Below are positions 9,422-17,796 of a stretch of 64,000 bases of DNA, piece by piece; positions within the stretch are counted from its first letter, which is position 1; each line of letters begins with the position of its first letter. The position numbers and the translations under genes were made by a program. The notes under the pieces are model-generated. The model worked only from the letters and a program-made list of their open reading frames with translations, was not told the origin of the DNA and searched no databases. This DNA comes from an uncultured Candidatus Saccharibacteria bacterium (GTDB lineage: Bacteria > Patescibacteriota > Minisyncoccia > Phycocordibacterales > UBA918), in assembly GCA_964552045.1 (NCBI GenBank), contig CAZKFF010000004.1, positions 20,368 through 84,367 of the forward strand, written 5' to 3'.

Positions 9422-10558
9422 TTAAAAAGTAGGAGTTGCTATATAGGTAAGCGTAGTAGTGTAGTCGTCTCCCGCCTCCTGGAGGCTTGAGATCTCCACC
9501 TTGTAACCTACGCGTGCTGTACCTTCGCCAGTGCCGGCACCATTAGCTGGTCCGTTATGGCTCATCACGACGCGCGGAGTGGTACTCGCTGCGGCAAACT
9601 CGCCGGAGCCGAATTCATCTCCTGCATCGCGTGTTGTGTCTGAGTCATTCGAAGTGAAGCCCCAGTGACCATAGGTGTTCTCGCTGCCCATGACTTCAAC
9701 TGGTGAAGCCCACGCAGTTGGAGTATTGGTATCGGAACCTTCGACAAACCCGTCGATGTCAGCGCCAGTTGAAGACTGGAGCGCCTGGTCGAGCTGAACG
9801 GTTACAACGTATCCGTTGGCAGCGTTGGTGTTTACCGTAAGGTCCTGTGCAGTTGTAGTCGCATTCCCGTCAGTGAGTGCGCCGAATGGGATCGACGTCG
9901 TAGACGCCGCACCCGTAGTGGTTGCACCATTGACCGCCTGGTTTGCTCCTACCCCTGCAACAGTGAACGTGAAGATCGTATCCACAGCTGCAGTTACCTG
10001 CACACTGTTGATGATCGCCACCCGGGCTGTACCTGAATCGGCAGAACCTGCGGTTATGTCGATATCGTACGCGCCTTCCGCTGCAGGGTTCGAGATCTGC
10101 GTATCTCCTGCAGATCCGAATGTAGCGTTTGTACCAATTTCGATCGTCACTGTTGCGTTCGCGCCCAATGCGGCGTCAACGCTGGTGAGCGTGATGGATG
10201 ATGCTGTGGTAGCAACTCCCCACTGTTCACCGGACTGGTCTCCTTCGATGACCAATGTGTAATCGGACGTTGAGGCAAAGTCGATATCTTCAACCCCAAT
10301 GGACGAAGTATCAAAGTTGCCGTCAAAATCGATCACGATTGATTCACCCGATGCTATGCCTGTCGGCGTAGTAAAGGATATGGTGTGGTTTGATCCGGCG
10401 CTTGGCGCTGAATCAGTGAGCGTATCGCTGACATTGGTGAGGTTAGCGGCGCTCGCAAATTGGAGATTAGGAATCCCTAATGACCACAATGTGATCGCAA
10501 GACCCCCAATTATTGCAATAGTTTTGAGCAATGTAACGGTTTTTTCCGTTGTGTACAT
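9422..10558 (-). CDS. Secreted Thr/Ser/Gly/Ala-rich structural protein (paralog A). Conserved N-terminus (SDSAPSAGSNHTISF) and conserved C-terminal motif TTLTYIATPTF.
   Basis: 378 aa. SPI-type signal peptide (…LQFASAANLT). Paralogous along its full length to 45940..47058. Monocistronic and followed by a terminator. Confidence 0.6.
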   Translation of the reverse strand: MYTTEKTVTLLKTIAIIGGLAITLWSLGIPNLQFASAANLTNVSDTLTDSAPSAGSNHTISFTTPTGIASGESIVIDFDGNFDTSSIGVEDIDFASTSDYTLVIEGDQSGEQWGVATTASSITLTSVDAALGANATVTIEIGTNATFGSAGDTQISNPAAEGAYDIDITAGSADSGTARVAIINSVQVTAAVDTIFTFTVAGVGANQAVNGATTTGAASTTSIPFGALTDGNATTTAQDLTVNTNAANGYVVTVQLDQALQSSTGADIDGFVEGSDTNTPTAWASPVEVMGSENTYGHWGFTSNDSDTTRDAGDEFGSGEFAAASTTPRVVMSHNGPANGAGTGEGTARVGYKVEISSLQEAGDDYTTTLTYIATPTF

Positions 10559-10956
10559 AGCTCTTACGTTGTTTTAACTTACATTACTTCGCCATACCTC
10601 CTTTGTATGAAAAGGTATCCGAAGCGCAAGCCCGCTGTAATACGGCAGACTCAAATTGCGCATCAGGTCTCCACGCCTGCTGCGCAGAAACTAATGTAAG
10701 CACACTTGCCGCATAACATCCGGCTGCAGATGCCCGCACGGTACGCGAACCGTGCGCAGCGGTTCTAAAGGACCGCCTCTGCAACAAGTACATAATTATT
10801 GTAGCTCGCGTTGCAATGAATTGATGAGTTTCTCCTGTGCACAACCAGTCGGTGAACCTCGTGCACTGTCTATTCCAACAGGAGCAGTTCATGGATATAT
10901 GTCCCTCAGTATGATCTATCTCAAAAAACCTTCGGAAGCTCCACAGGTTCGCTTCC

Positions 10957-12102
10957 TCAGCCTGTCCAGTTAAACAACAATATGGAGAAATCCTCCAGGC
11001 CGACATTGCCGTTGCCGTTAATATCTGCTTTCGGATCGGAATCACCTCCCGAGGTCTGCCACCAGAATATGAGTATGGAAAAGTCAGTGAGGTTTACGGA
11101 ACCGTCACGGTTAAGGTCAGACGGAGTCGCGGCGGTGCCATTCACACCGACAAACAGCTGCACGGTGGTGCTGAAACTGCTTTCGGTAGTGAGCGTTCCG
11201 CTGCCGAGAATGAACCGCGCTCGTGCGGTGTGTTCGTCCGCAGAGAGGCCTGAGGTGGGGTAAGAAATGGTCCATGCGCCATTTGTTCCTGAGGTTGCAG
11301 AAAGCACCTCGTCACTGTCGTCGATATGCACCTCAACGCGTGTATTCGGGATCGTCTGTCCGGAAAAGACGACCGTATCGCCCGGGTTGATGGTCGCGTC
11401 ACTCACCGAGAGCGTCGGCGGAATGAGCACGCCAGACACATTCGTGATGGCACCCTGCGTGACATCGAAGGTCGTATTGTATGTCACTGACCGCACCCGG
11501 TTCAAATCAAACGACCAGAAGCCGAGCGAGACAGTGCCTGGAGACGCATTGGTAGCGAAATCGAACCGTCCAGAGCTGTCGGCGCGAACCGTACCCACTT
11601 CCTTGGCGTCGAGAAGCACATGCACTGTCTGATTGGGATAACCCCGACCGGTGATGCTTACCTGCGTATCGCCGAGCTCATCATCGCTTCCCCCGCTGCT
11701 TGAAGAGCCGCCGCCTGAAGAGCCGCCGCCGCCGCTCCCTGCTACTTCTACAGTACAATCCGCCGCACAAAAGTCACCGTCATCATTGTTGCCATCATCG
11801 CATTCTTCACCATGCAGGGTCTGCAGAATCGCGTCACCGCAGTATGGTCCGTAGTTGCAGTCAACGTCGCATTGTCTCCCGATGATCGTCGTGCTGTACA
11901 CGCCTGTCTCTCCCAGTACGTCGCACTCTTCTCCGTCGTCCACGAGCGCATTGCCGCAGATAGAGAGCGTCAGGGTTGTTGTCGCAATGAACCCGGGTGT
12001 GAGCTGTGCATATGCCACAGGAGTACACACTGCAATAGTGAGCGCAACGCCAAGAAGCAATAATGTCTTATGCATTAATCTCAACCGCGTGCGCATGCCC
12101 AT
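10957..12102 (-). CDS. Secreted dockerin protein: Myxococcus-type cysteine-rich repeats (CGNALVDDGEECD...CGDAILQTLHGEECDDGNNDDGDFCAADC), a Gly/Ser linker, an Ig-like middle region and a C-terminal type I dockerin (DLNRDGSVNLTDFSILIFWW / DINGNGNVGLEDFSILLFNW).
   Basis: 381 aa. Signal peptide. The Cys-rich repeat matches the CGDG..GEECDDGN pattern. The dockerin has a duplicated Ca-binding loop. Paralogous in middle and C-terminal parts to 40597..42507. Confidence 0.7.
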   Translation of the reverse strand: MGMRTRLRLMHKTLLLLGVALTIAVCTPVAYAQLTPGFIATTTLTLSICGNALVDDGEECDVLGETGVYSTTIIGRQCDVDCNYGPYCGDAILQTLHGEECDDGNNDDGDFCAADCTVEVAGSGGGGSSGGGSSSSGGSDDELGDTQVSITGRGYPNQTVHVLLDAKEVGTVRADSSGRFDFATNASPGTVSLGFWSFDLNRVRSVTYNTTFDVTQGAITNVSGVLIPPTLSVSDATINPGDTVVFSGQTIPNTRVEVHIDDSDEVLSATSGTNGAWTISYPTSGLSADEHTARARFILGSGTLTTESSFSTTVQLFVGVNGTAATPSDLNRDGSVNLTDFSILIFWWQTSGGDSDPKADINGNGNVGLEDFSILLFNWTG

Positions 12103-12105
12103 ACG

Positions 12106-13065
12106 TTATTGCATCCGCCGATTTACCTTTCTCTGGCGTGCGGTATGAACGCCGAAGAGTAGGAGAGCGAGCAATGCAAGTATCGGAAGTATGACCGAAA
12201 CCTGGTGTGCCAATGAAAGTCCGAGGAATCCGAATCCGGCAATCTGCAGTGTTCCATACGGAAGAATATTGAGGTTCACTTCTCCCTCTTGTTTCACTTC
12301 ATCATCATTGAATATCTGATAACGCGCAATATAGGTGCCTGCCGGCAGACGCGTCGGCAGTTCGGCCACGATCTCTTCGGTTGCGTACGGAGCTACCTTC
12401 TCTATTTTTCCTTTGTTCCGGACGTCTTCAAGAAGCACATTGCCCGTAGCATCATATATCTTGAATGCAACCTTTGACGGAGCAACATCAATGTTACCAG
12501 TATTCTCAAGGAGCATACCGAACCTGATCTTTCCAGGGAAATACAGCCACGCGAACTTATGTCCTTCATTGAGATCAGATATGTTTATCTTGCGGATGCG
12601 GAAATCCTTGATCTCCTTGTCGATGACGCTGAGGTCGATATCAACCTGTGCACCAAGTGAAATGTTGACTGCGCCGGCCGAAACCTCATCATCAACTGCT
12701 CCTGTTTTGATACGGATCGCACCCGTGTAATTTTTGAACTCAGCATCTTCCGGCACCTTCACACGAATAGTCATGGGAACCTTCTGCTCACCGCGTGGCA
12801 GTTCGAACTCTGTGCCTTCCACGATCTCGATCCAGTCCAGTATCTCAGGAGCATCGACGACTACAGTTGCTTTCAGCGGCACGTTCGGATCTCCGCGGAC
12901 AAGAAGTATCTGCTGTTCATAGGTCGAGTTGCGGGTGAGGCTCGTGTTGCGTACGTATGGCGGGGTCACACCAAAACCAGCGAGGGCTAAATCGGCTCCA
13001 AGTATCACAAAGAGAAGTATTGCTATGCAGAACGATTTAGCAAAGTTCATTATGTATCCCGACAA
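12106..13065 (-). CDS. Cell-surface protein with signal peptide and a C-terminal TM anchor. Its fold is like the DUF916/DUF3324 proteins of Gram-positive WxL-type surface loci.
   Basis: 319 aa. The likely start is the internal MNFAKSF. C-terminal hydrophobic helix plus basic tail (ILPILALLALLLFGVHTARQRKVNRR). Architecture parallels 44668..45741. Confidence 0.45.
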   Translation of the reverse strand: MSGYIMNFAKSFCIAILLFVILGADLALAGFGVTPPYVRNTSLTRNSTYEQQILLVRGDPNVPLKATVVVDAPEILDWIEIVEGTEFELPRGEQKVPMTIRVKVPEDAEFKNYTGAIRIKTGAVDDEVSAGAVNISLGAQVDIDLSVIDKEIKDFRIRKINISDLNEGHKFAWLYFPGKIRFGMLLENTGNIDVAPSKVAFKIYDATGNVLLEDVRNKGKIEKVAPYATEEIVAELPTRLPAGTYIARYQIFNDDEVKQEGEVNLNILPYGTLQIAGFGFLGLSLAHQVSVILPILALLALLLFGVHTARQRKVNRRMQ

Positions 13066-13108
13066 AAAATGTCTTACTAATTATCAGTAATAACTCAACA
13101 TAACGCAA

Positions 13109-13135
13109 GAACCACAGCTTGGATAACTGTGGTTC
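13109..13135 (-). terminator. Hairpin (gaaccacag-N9-ctgtggttc) downstream of 13169..15025. Weak terminator candidate.
   Basis: Perfect 9-bp inverted repeat in the intergenic gap. Only a weak T-run follows. Confidence 0.3.
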
Positions 13136-13168
13136 TGGCTTGCTCTTATCCTTTCGAAAATTTTACGG

Positions 13169-15025
13169 CTACCACTGATTTGGATTGCTTACCGCAGCGT
13201 AGAATGTGTTTTCACCGGTGTATGACCCCGCAAGTGTGAGCGTGATCGGAACATGGATACCCCAGTAGGTGGTTCCTGTTGCCTGAGTACTGGTTGCCGT
13301 TGACTTGAATACATTCAAGTCAAGCCGCTTGTTTGTAGTAGATGAGAGTGTGTTGCCAGTTGCAGTTGCCGTACCGTATGACACTGTCGAAGTTGCATAC
13401 ACTTGGAAGCTCTCCGCAATGGTTGAAGTAGAGGAATTAGGACAGGTCACAGAGGTACTGTAGTTGATACACATTGATTCTCCCGTAAGCAGTTCGTCAA
13501 TACCCACATTTCCAGTCGCCCGTATGTCTGTTGTGGCAGAGAGCGGATCAGTCTGTTGCCCAGGCTCGAGTGAACCATACGGGATAGCGAGCGTATCGAG
13601 AGCCATAGACAGGAAGGCATTGAGATCTTGTCCAATCGCACTTTGGGTGAATACACTCACCGCACTGTCATCATCTATGGCAGAAACTGCTGCTCTCCAA
13701 TCTTCGCCGGCATAAAGCGAAGTCGAAGCCTGGTCGGTCGGGTCTGCGATGTACCACAGTGGGAATGTACACTCCCATGTCTGTGTGGTGTCCGTTGCAC
13801 CTCCACAATCGGAAGGTGTCGTTGTTGCGGCACATGAAAGATTCCAGGTTGTTGTCGCGACGGTGCTCGTATAACAATTGTTTGCATTGTATTCGCCTGA
13901 TGCATCACAGGAGGTCGTGCCTACACCCGAACGGTACACTGACAGTGCGTAATCTACGATCTCATCAGTTGCGGATGAGTTCTCGCAGCTATTATTGTCT
14001 GTTGCAACAAAGCTGAGTGTGAATCCGGTCGTCTCACCCGATTCCTGTGTAAGCGTAATATCTCCTCCATTATTGAGTGTGATTTGCGCGGCGTTTATAG
14101 AAGGAGCGGCATTGTCAACGGTGAGAACAGAGTCTGTGCCTTGCGTAGCTCCTGATGCCTCATGCCCGTGATTGTCGACAATGAAGCCAAAGGCTGCGTA
14201 GTTCTGGTCCTGGGTCGGGATTGGTATGACGTAGGTGGCTGTCGGGTCAGATGCAGACAAGGTTGAAGTCGCTAATGTGAGATCATCACAGGTATCTGTC
14301 GATGTGCTGAAGTTTGATGATGAGCAGACGATGAGCTGCACCGTGTCATTGGTCGGTACTGTGTCAGGGTCAGATGATGTCGCAGTAAAGGTAACGGTCG
14401 CGCCCGGAAGCACTGGGGAATCGTCCCAGAACGCGGTGAAGGTCGGACGACGGTTTACGTTGAATGGAGATGATGTCGTACCTGTTCCCTGTTTGAATGA
14501 TGCGTTACAGCGCGGATTGACCAGCACGGAGTCGCAGACCCAGGCGAACCAGTCATTTTGCTCGTTGAACGGAGCGACTTCTGTGGTGGTCGTTGCGGCA
14601 GTTGCCTGCGTACCGCTGATCGTCAGAGAAGAAACAGCCCATTGCAGCGATCCTCCACCACAGGTCGGCGCAGCTCCCGGGTTCGCAGTTGGCGCAGTTG
14701 ACCCGTCACAGATAAGCAGATAGTAGCTCTCCGCGTTCGAGTCTGTTGCAGTTGCGATCCACTGCACCGGTGATCCTGAATTAGTCGGTGTTGTTGTTGA
14801 AGATTCGGTCAGCTCCTGCGCATCCACAGTCCATTGTGGCGGTGTGTTGAGCACGGTCACTGATGTGGTCGCCTGGCTTTGGGCTTCCGCATGGTTCAGT
14901 TCCTGTGCGCCTAAGTTGAGGAAAAATGCTACCGCGAACACAAACACGCCCAAAAGCGCTGTTATCACAGTTATTTTCCCTGCCGTGTTTATATAGTGTG
15001 GCAGCTCTTTCATGTTGTACGACAT
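13169..15025 (-). CDS. Secreted Thr/Ser-rich protein whose C-terminal ~300 aa (from ~14113 down) is a Cys-containing domain homologous to the extreme C-terminus of the giant protein.
   Basis: 618 aa. Signal/TM (ITVITALLGVFVFAVAFFLNLGA). Alignable blocks with giant-protein residues ~6090-6350: YRSGVG..C...NNCY, Y.ADATD....Y.GE.W.AAV, YWGI..P...NP. Confidence 0.55.
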   Translation of the reverse strand: MSYNMKELPHYINTAGKITVITALLGVFVFAVAFFLNLGAQELNHAEAQSQATTSVTVLNTPPQWTVDAQELTESSTTTPTNSGSPVQWIATATDSNAESYYLLICDGSTAPTANPGAAPTCGGGSLQWAVSSLTISGTQATAATTTTEVAPFNEQNDWFAWVCDSVLVNPRCNASFKQGTGTTSSPFNVNRRPTFTAFWDDSPVLPGATVTFTATSSDPDTVPTNDTVQLIVCSSSNFSTSTDTCDDLTLATSTLSASDPTATYVIPIPTQDQNYAAFGFIVDNHGHEASGATQGTDSVLTVDNAAPSINAAQITLNNGGDITLTQESGETTGFTLSFVATDNNSCENSSATDEIVDYALSVYRSGVGTTSCDASGEYNANNCYTSTVATTTWNLSCAATTTPSDCGGATDTTQTWECTFPLWYIADPTDQASTSLYAGEDWRAAVSAIDDDSAVSVFTQSAIGQDLNAFLSMALDTLAIPYGSLEPGQQTDPLSATTDIRATGNVGIDELLTGESMCINYSTSVTCPNSSTSTIAESFQVYATSTVSYGTATATGNTLSSTTNKRLDLNVFKSTATSTQATGTTYWGIHVPITLTLAGSYTGENTFYAAVSNPNQW

Positions 15026-15088
15026 AAATAATAATTACCTCTTACTATTTTAGCTAAAATGCTGAGGTAAATGGGCAGTTATACACAT

Positions 15089-16297
15089 TTATTCATAGCG
15101 GATAGCATCAAGCGGATTGAGCGATGCGGCACGCCGTGCGGGGAAAATTCCGGTGAGGTAGCCCACTCCGGCTGAGAAAAGGGCGATAAATACCAGGAAA
15201 TTGAGCGGAAATGAGAAGAGAGTCACCGCCTGCCCGCCAAATTGTCCGGCGGCAAGATTGAGCATGAGGTTTATGATGATCCCGAGCGCTACCCCCATGA
15301 CGATCCCGGATACACCTCCGAGAAAGCCTACAATGATGGACTCTGAAACGAACAGCCACTTGATGTCCGACGGCGATGCACCAATGGTGCGCATGATGCC
15401 GATCTCCTTGGTTCGCTCCAACAGTGTAACGGTCATCGTATTGAACATGCCGATGGCGGACACAAGGAGTGCGATCCCTCCGAATGTTGCAAGGACCACC
15501 TGGACTCCCTGGAAGATCTTTGACGCCTGTTCAACCGTCTTAGAAAGCGCCGTCACGCGGTATCCCTCCTCGATAAGCTGATCTTCCACGAGCTGCAGGA
15601 ACTCATTGCTCTCAACACGGACCTGCACCCGCTCGAACTCCTCAATGCCAATATGACTGCGAAGCTCCGGCAGCATCATGAGCGCATTGAGAACGCCCTC
15701 CTCTTTAGTGATGCCGCGAACCGTGTATTCTTTGTCAATGAAAACCTCGTCCACCTCATCGGTGCCGTCTTCTGCCGGTACGAGTATCCTGAACTTCACT
15801 TTCTCACCAACAAAGGAAGCCGGATCGTCGATCCCGAAGAGCTTGAGCACCGCCGGGGAGAGCATAACACTACTGGTATCACCTGCATCCGCATCAGTGA
15901 ACACTTCGCCCTCTGTTGCGGTCACGCCCGCATAGCGGAGGTACGGCGGTTCGGCGCCTTGAACGAACACATTGCCAGTAAGACCCTTGTACGTCACCAA
16001 TGCCGGGAACCGCGCAAGCGGTGCTGCGTCCAGTACATGATCCATAGCCTCAAATTGCGCCACCGTCTCTTCAGTCAGCCGCAGGTTCTGGGCGCCGGTT
16101 GCCGAGACCCCGAGTGACAGAAGTGTTTCTCCGAACACGATCTGCTCGAGGATGATCTGCTGCAGTCCGAACCCAAGCCCGACGAGCACCACCACCGCAC
16201 CAGTGCCCACTCCCATGCCCAGGATAGTGAGCCACGTACGCATTGGGTTCGTTTTGAATGCTCTCGTGGAGAGCTGTGCCAAGTCCTGTAAACGCAT
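15089..16297 (-). CDS. ABC transporter permease, FtsX/MacB-LolE family.
   Basis: 402 aa. N-terminal TM, large periplasmic loop, C-terminal 3-TM FtsX-like bundle (…IGIMRTIGASPSDIKWLFVSESIIVGFLGG…). 4-nt overlap (ATGA) with the upstream ATPase. Confidence 0.8.
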   Translation of the reverse strand: MRLQDLAQLSTRAFKTNPMRTWLTILGMGVGTGAVVVLVGLGFGLQQIILEQIVFGETLLSLGVSATGAQNLRLTEETVAQFEAMDHVLDAAPLARFPALVTYKGLTGNVFVQGAEPPYLRYAGVTATEGEVFTDADAGDTSSVMLSPAVLKLFGIDDPASFVGEKVKFRILVPAEDGTDEVDEVFIDKEYTVRGITKEEGVLNALMMLPELRSHIGIEEFERVQVRVESNEFLQLVEDQLIEEGYRVTALSKTVEQASKIFQGVQVVLATFGGIALLVSAIGMFNTMTVTLLERTKEIGIMRTIGASPSDIKWLFVSESIIVGFLGGVSGIVMGVALGIIINLMLNLAAGQFGGQAVTLFSFPLNFLVFIALFSAGVGYLTGIFPARRAASLNPLDAIRYE

Positions 16298-16299
16298 AT

Positions 16300-17622
16300 C
16301 TAACTCTTATAACTGACATCGACGCCTTGCGCGATGATCTTTTCGAAATAACGCGTGATATCCTCCGCTTCATCGTAGGTGAGACCGAGTCCGCCTGAAC
16401 TGACCCCGACGCTGAGCTTCTCAAGGAATTCCTGCTCGCCGCTGACTCCAACCACACGGTCGGCAATAAGCTCAACCAGGTTCTCGTCCTGCTTTTTCGA
16501 GAGCTTCATGTGGTGAATGCGGAGCAGATGATCGCGCAGACGTTCGGCGAGCTTGTGCTGATCAAAGAATGCATGCGCATTCTCAAACTGCTTGCGAAAT
16601 CTGCGAATATCATCTGCCTGCGAGAGCAGCTTGTCAGCCGTATGTACGATCCTTCGCGCATCCTTTTCAGGAATACCGACTCCGCCCCGGTCGTACGCAA
16701 GCACGAGCATCTTCGTGACAGCATCCTTCTCTACCCTTCCAGAGATAAAATATTGCATCGCTGTCTCAAGCCGCTCGAGCTGGCTGAAGGTGTAGTCCTG
16801 TGTCACATAGTTGACCAGACTCTTGACCCGGAGCGATTCAATGGAGTCATAGGGATAGAGACGTGCGAGCTGTTCGAGCTCGGTCACAATGGTCTCACCT
16901 TCTTTCACCGGCTTTATCTGCTTGCGCTGCGGATTGACCACTTCACGGACAATGCGCCCATCCTTGAGGTAATACACGCGGTGCGCATAGCTTAAGTGCG
17001 CTGCATTGTGCGACACCATGATGATGGTACGCTTGTCGAACGTATTGATCTCGTCAATCTTGTCCATAACCTGCTGTGTAGAAACAGAGTCAAGATTTCC
17101 GGTAGGTTCATCCGCGAGCAGGATTTTTGGATCATTGACCATGCTCCGCGCAACCGATACTCGCTGTTGCTGGCCTCCTGAAAGCATGGACGGAATCTTA
17201 TGGGATACGTGGCCGACGCCAAAACGTTCAAGCAGAGCCTGTGCACGCCGCTCGCGCGTCGGTCTGTCCGCATTGGCGAAGATCATGGGTAGCGCCACAT
17301 TATCAAGCACGGTAAGCGAACCGATGAGGTTGAACGATTGGAATATGATACCCATCACATACCGCTGGAAGTAGATACGGTCTTCAATAGGTATCTGGTA
17401 TATGTCCTCTCCGCCGATGAGCATTGTGCCGCCGCCAGGAGGGAGCGATCCCTGGATGGCATACATGAGTGTGGACTTGCCGGAACCGGACGCCCCGAAG
17501 AGGATGATGTACTCACCCTCATATATGTCGGTGCTTGCGTTAGAGAGCGCTTTGAATTCGTTCGATTTCCCTTTGTTGTAGGTGATATCGAGATTACGAC
17601 AAATAATAAGAGGCTTTGCCAT
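16300..17622 (-). CDS. ABC transporter ATP-binding protein (MacB/LolD-like) with an unusual ~200-aa C-terminal extension.
   Basis: Walker A GASGSGKSTLMYAI, ABC signature LSGGQQQRVSVARSM, Walker B ILLADEPTGNLD. The extra C-terminal helical domain has no obvious family. Confidence 0.85.
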   Translation of the reverse strand: MAKPLIICRNLDITYNKGKSNEFKALSNASTDIYEGEYIILFGASGSGKSTLMYAIQGSLPPGGGTMLIGGEDIYQIPIEDRIYFQRYVMGIIFQSFNLIGSLTVLDNVALPMIFANADRPTRERRAQALLERFGVGHVSHKIPSMLSGGQQQRVSVARSMVNDPKILLADEPTGNLDSVSTQQVMDKIDEINTFDKRTIIMVSHNAAHLSYAHRVYYLKDGRIVREVVNPQRKQIKPVKEGETIVTELEQLARLYPYDSIESLRVKSLVNYVTQDYTFSQLERLETAMQYFISGRVEKDAVTKMLVLAYDRGGVGIPEKDARRIVHTADKLLSQADDIRRFRKQFENAHAFFDQHKLAERLRDHLLRIHHMKLSKKQDENLVELIADRVVGVSGEQEFLEKLSVGVSSGGLGLTYDEAEDITRYFEKIIAQGVDVSYKS

Positions 17623-17796
17623 AGAAACGGGTTGCCTTAATTAGAACACGAAACAAGAAAAGAAATATAAGTAGTATCCACACATACGATTTCGCAGCAT
17701 ATGTCGTGCAATGGAACTGAGCCTCGCTTCCCTTGTGTAAAAGACATCTGAACATGTAGACTCCCATTCGACAGACAATAAGCGCTGCGGGGGCGC

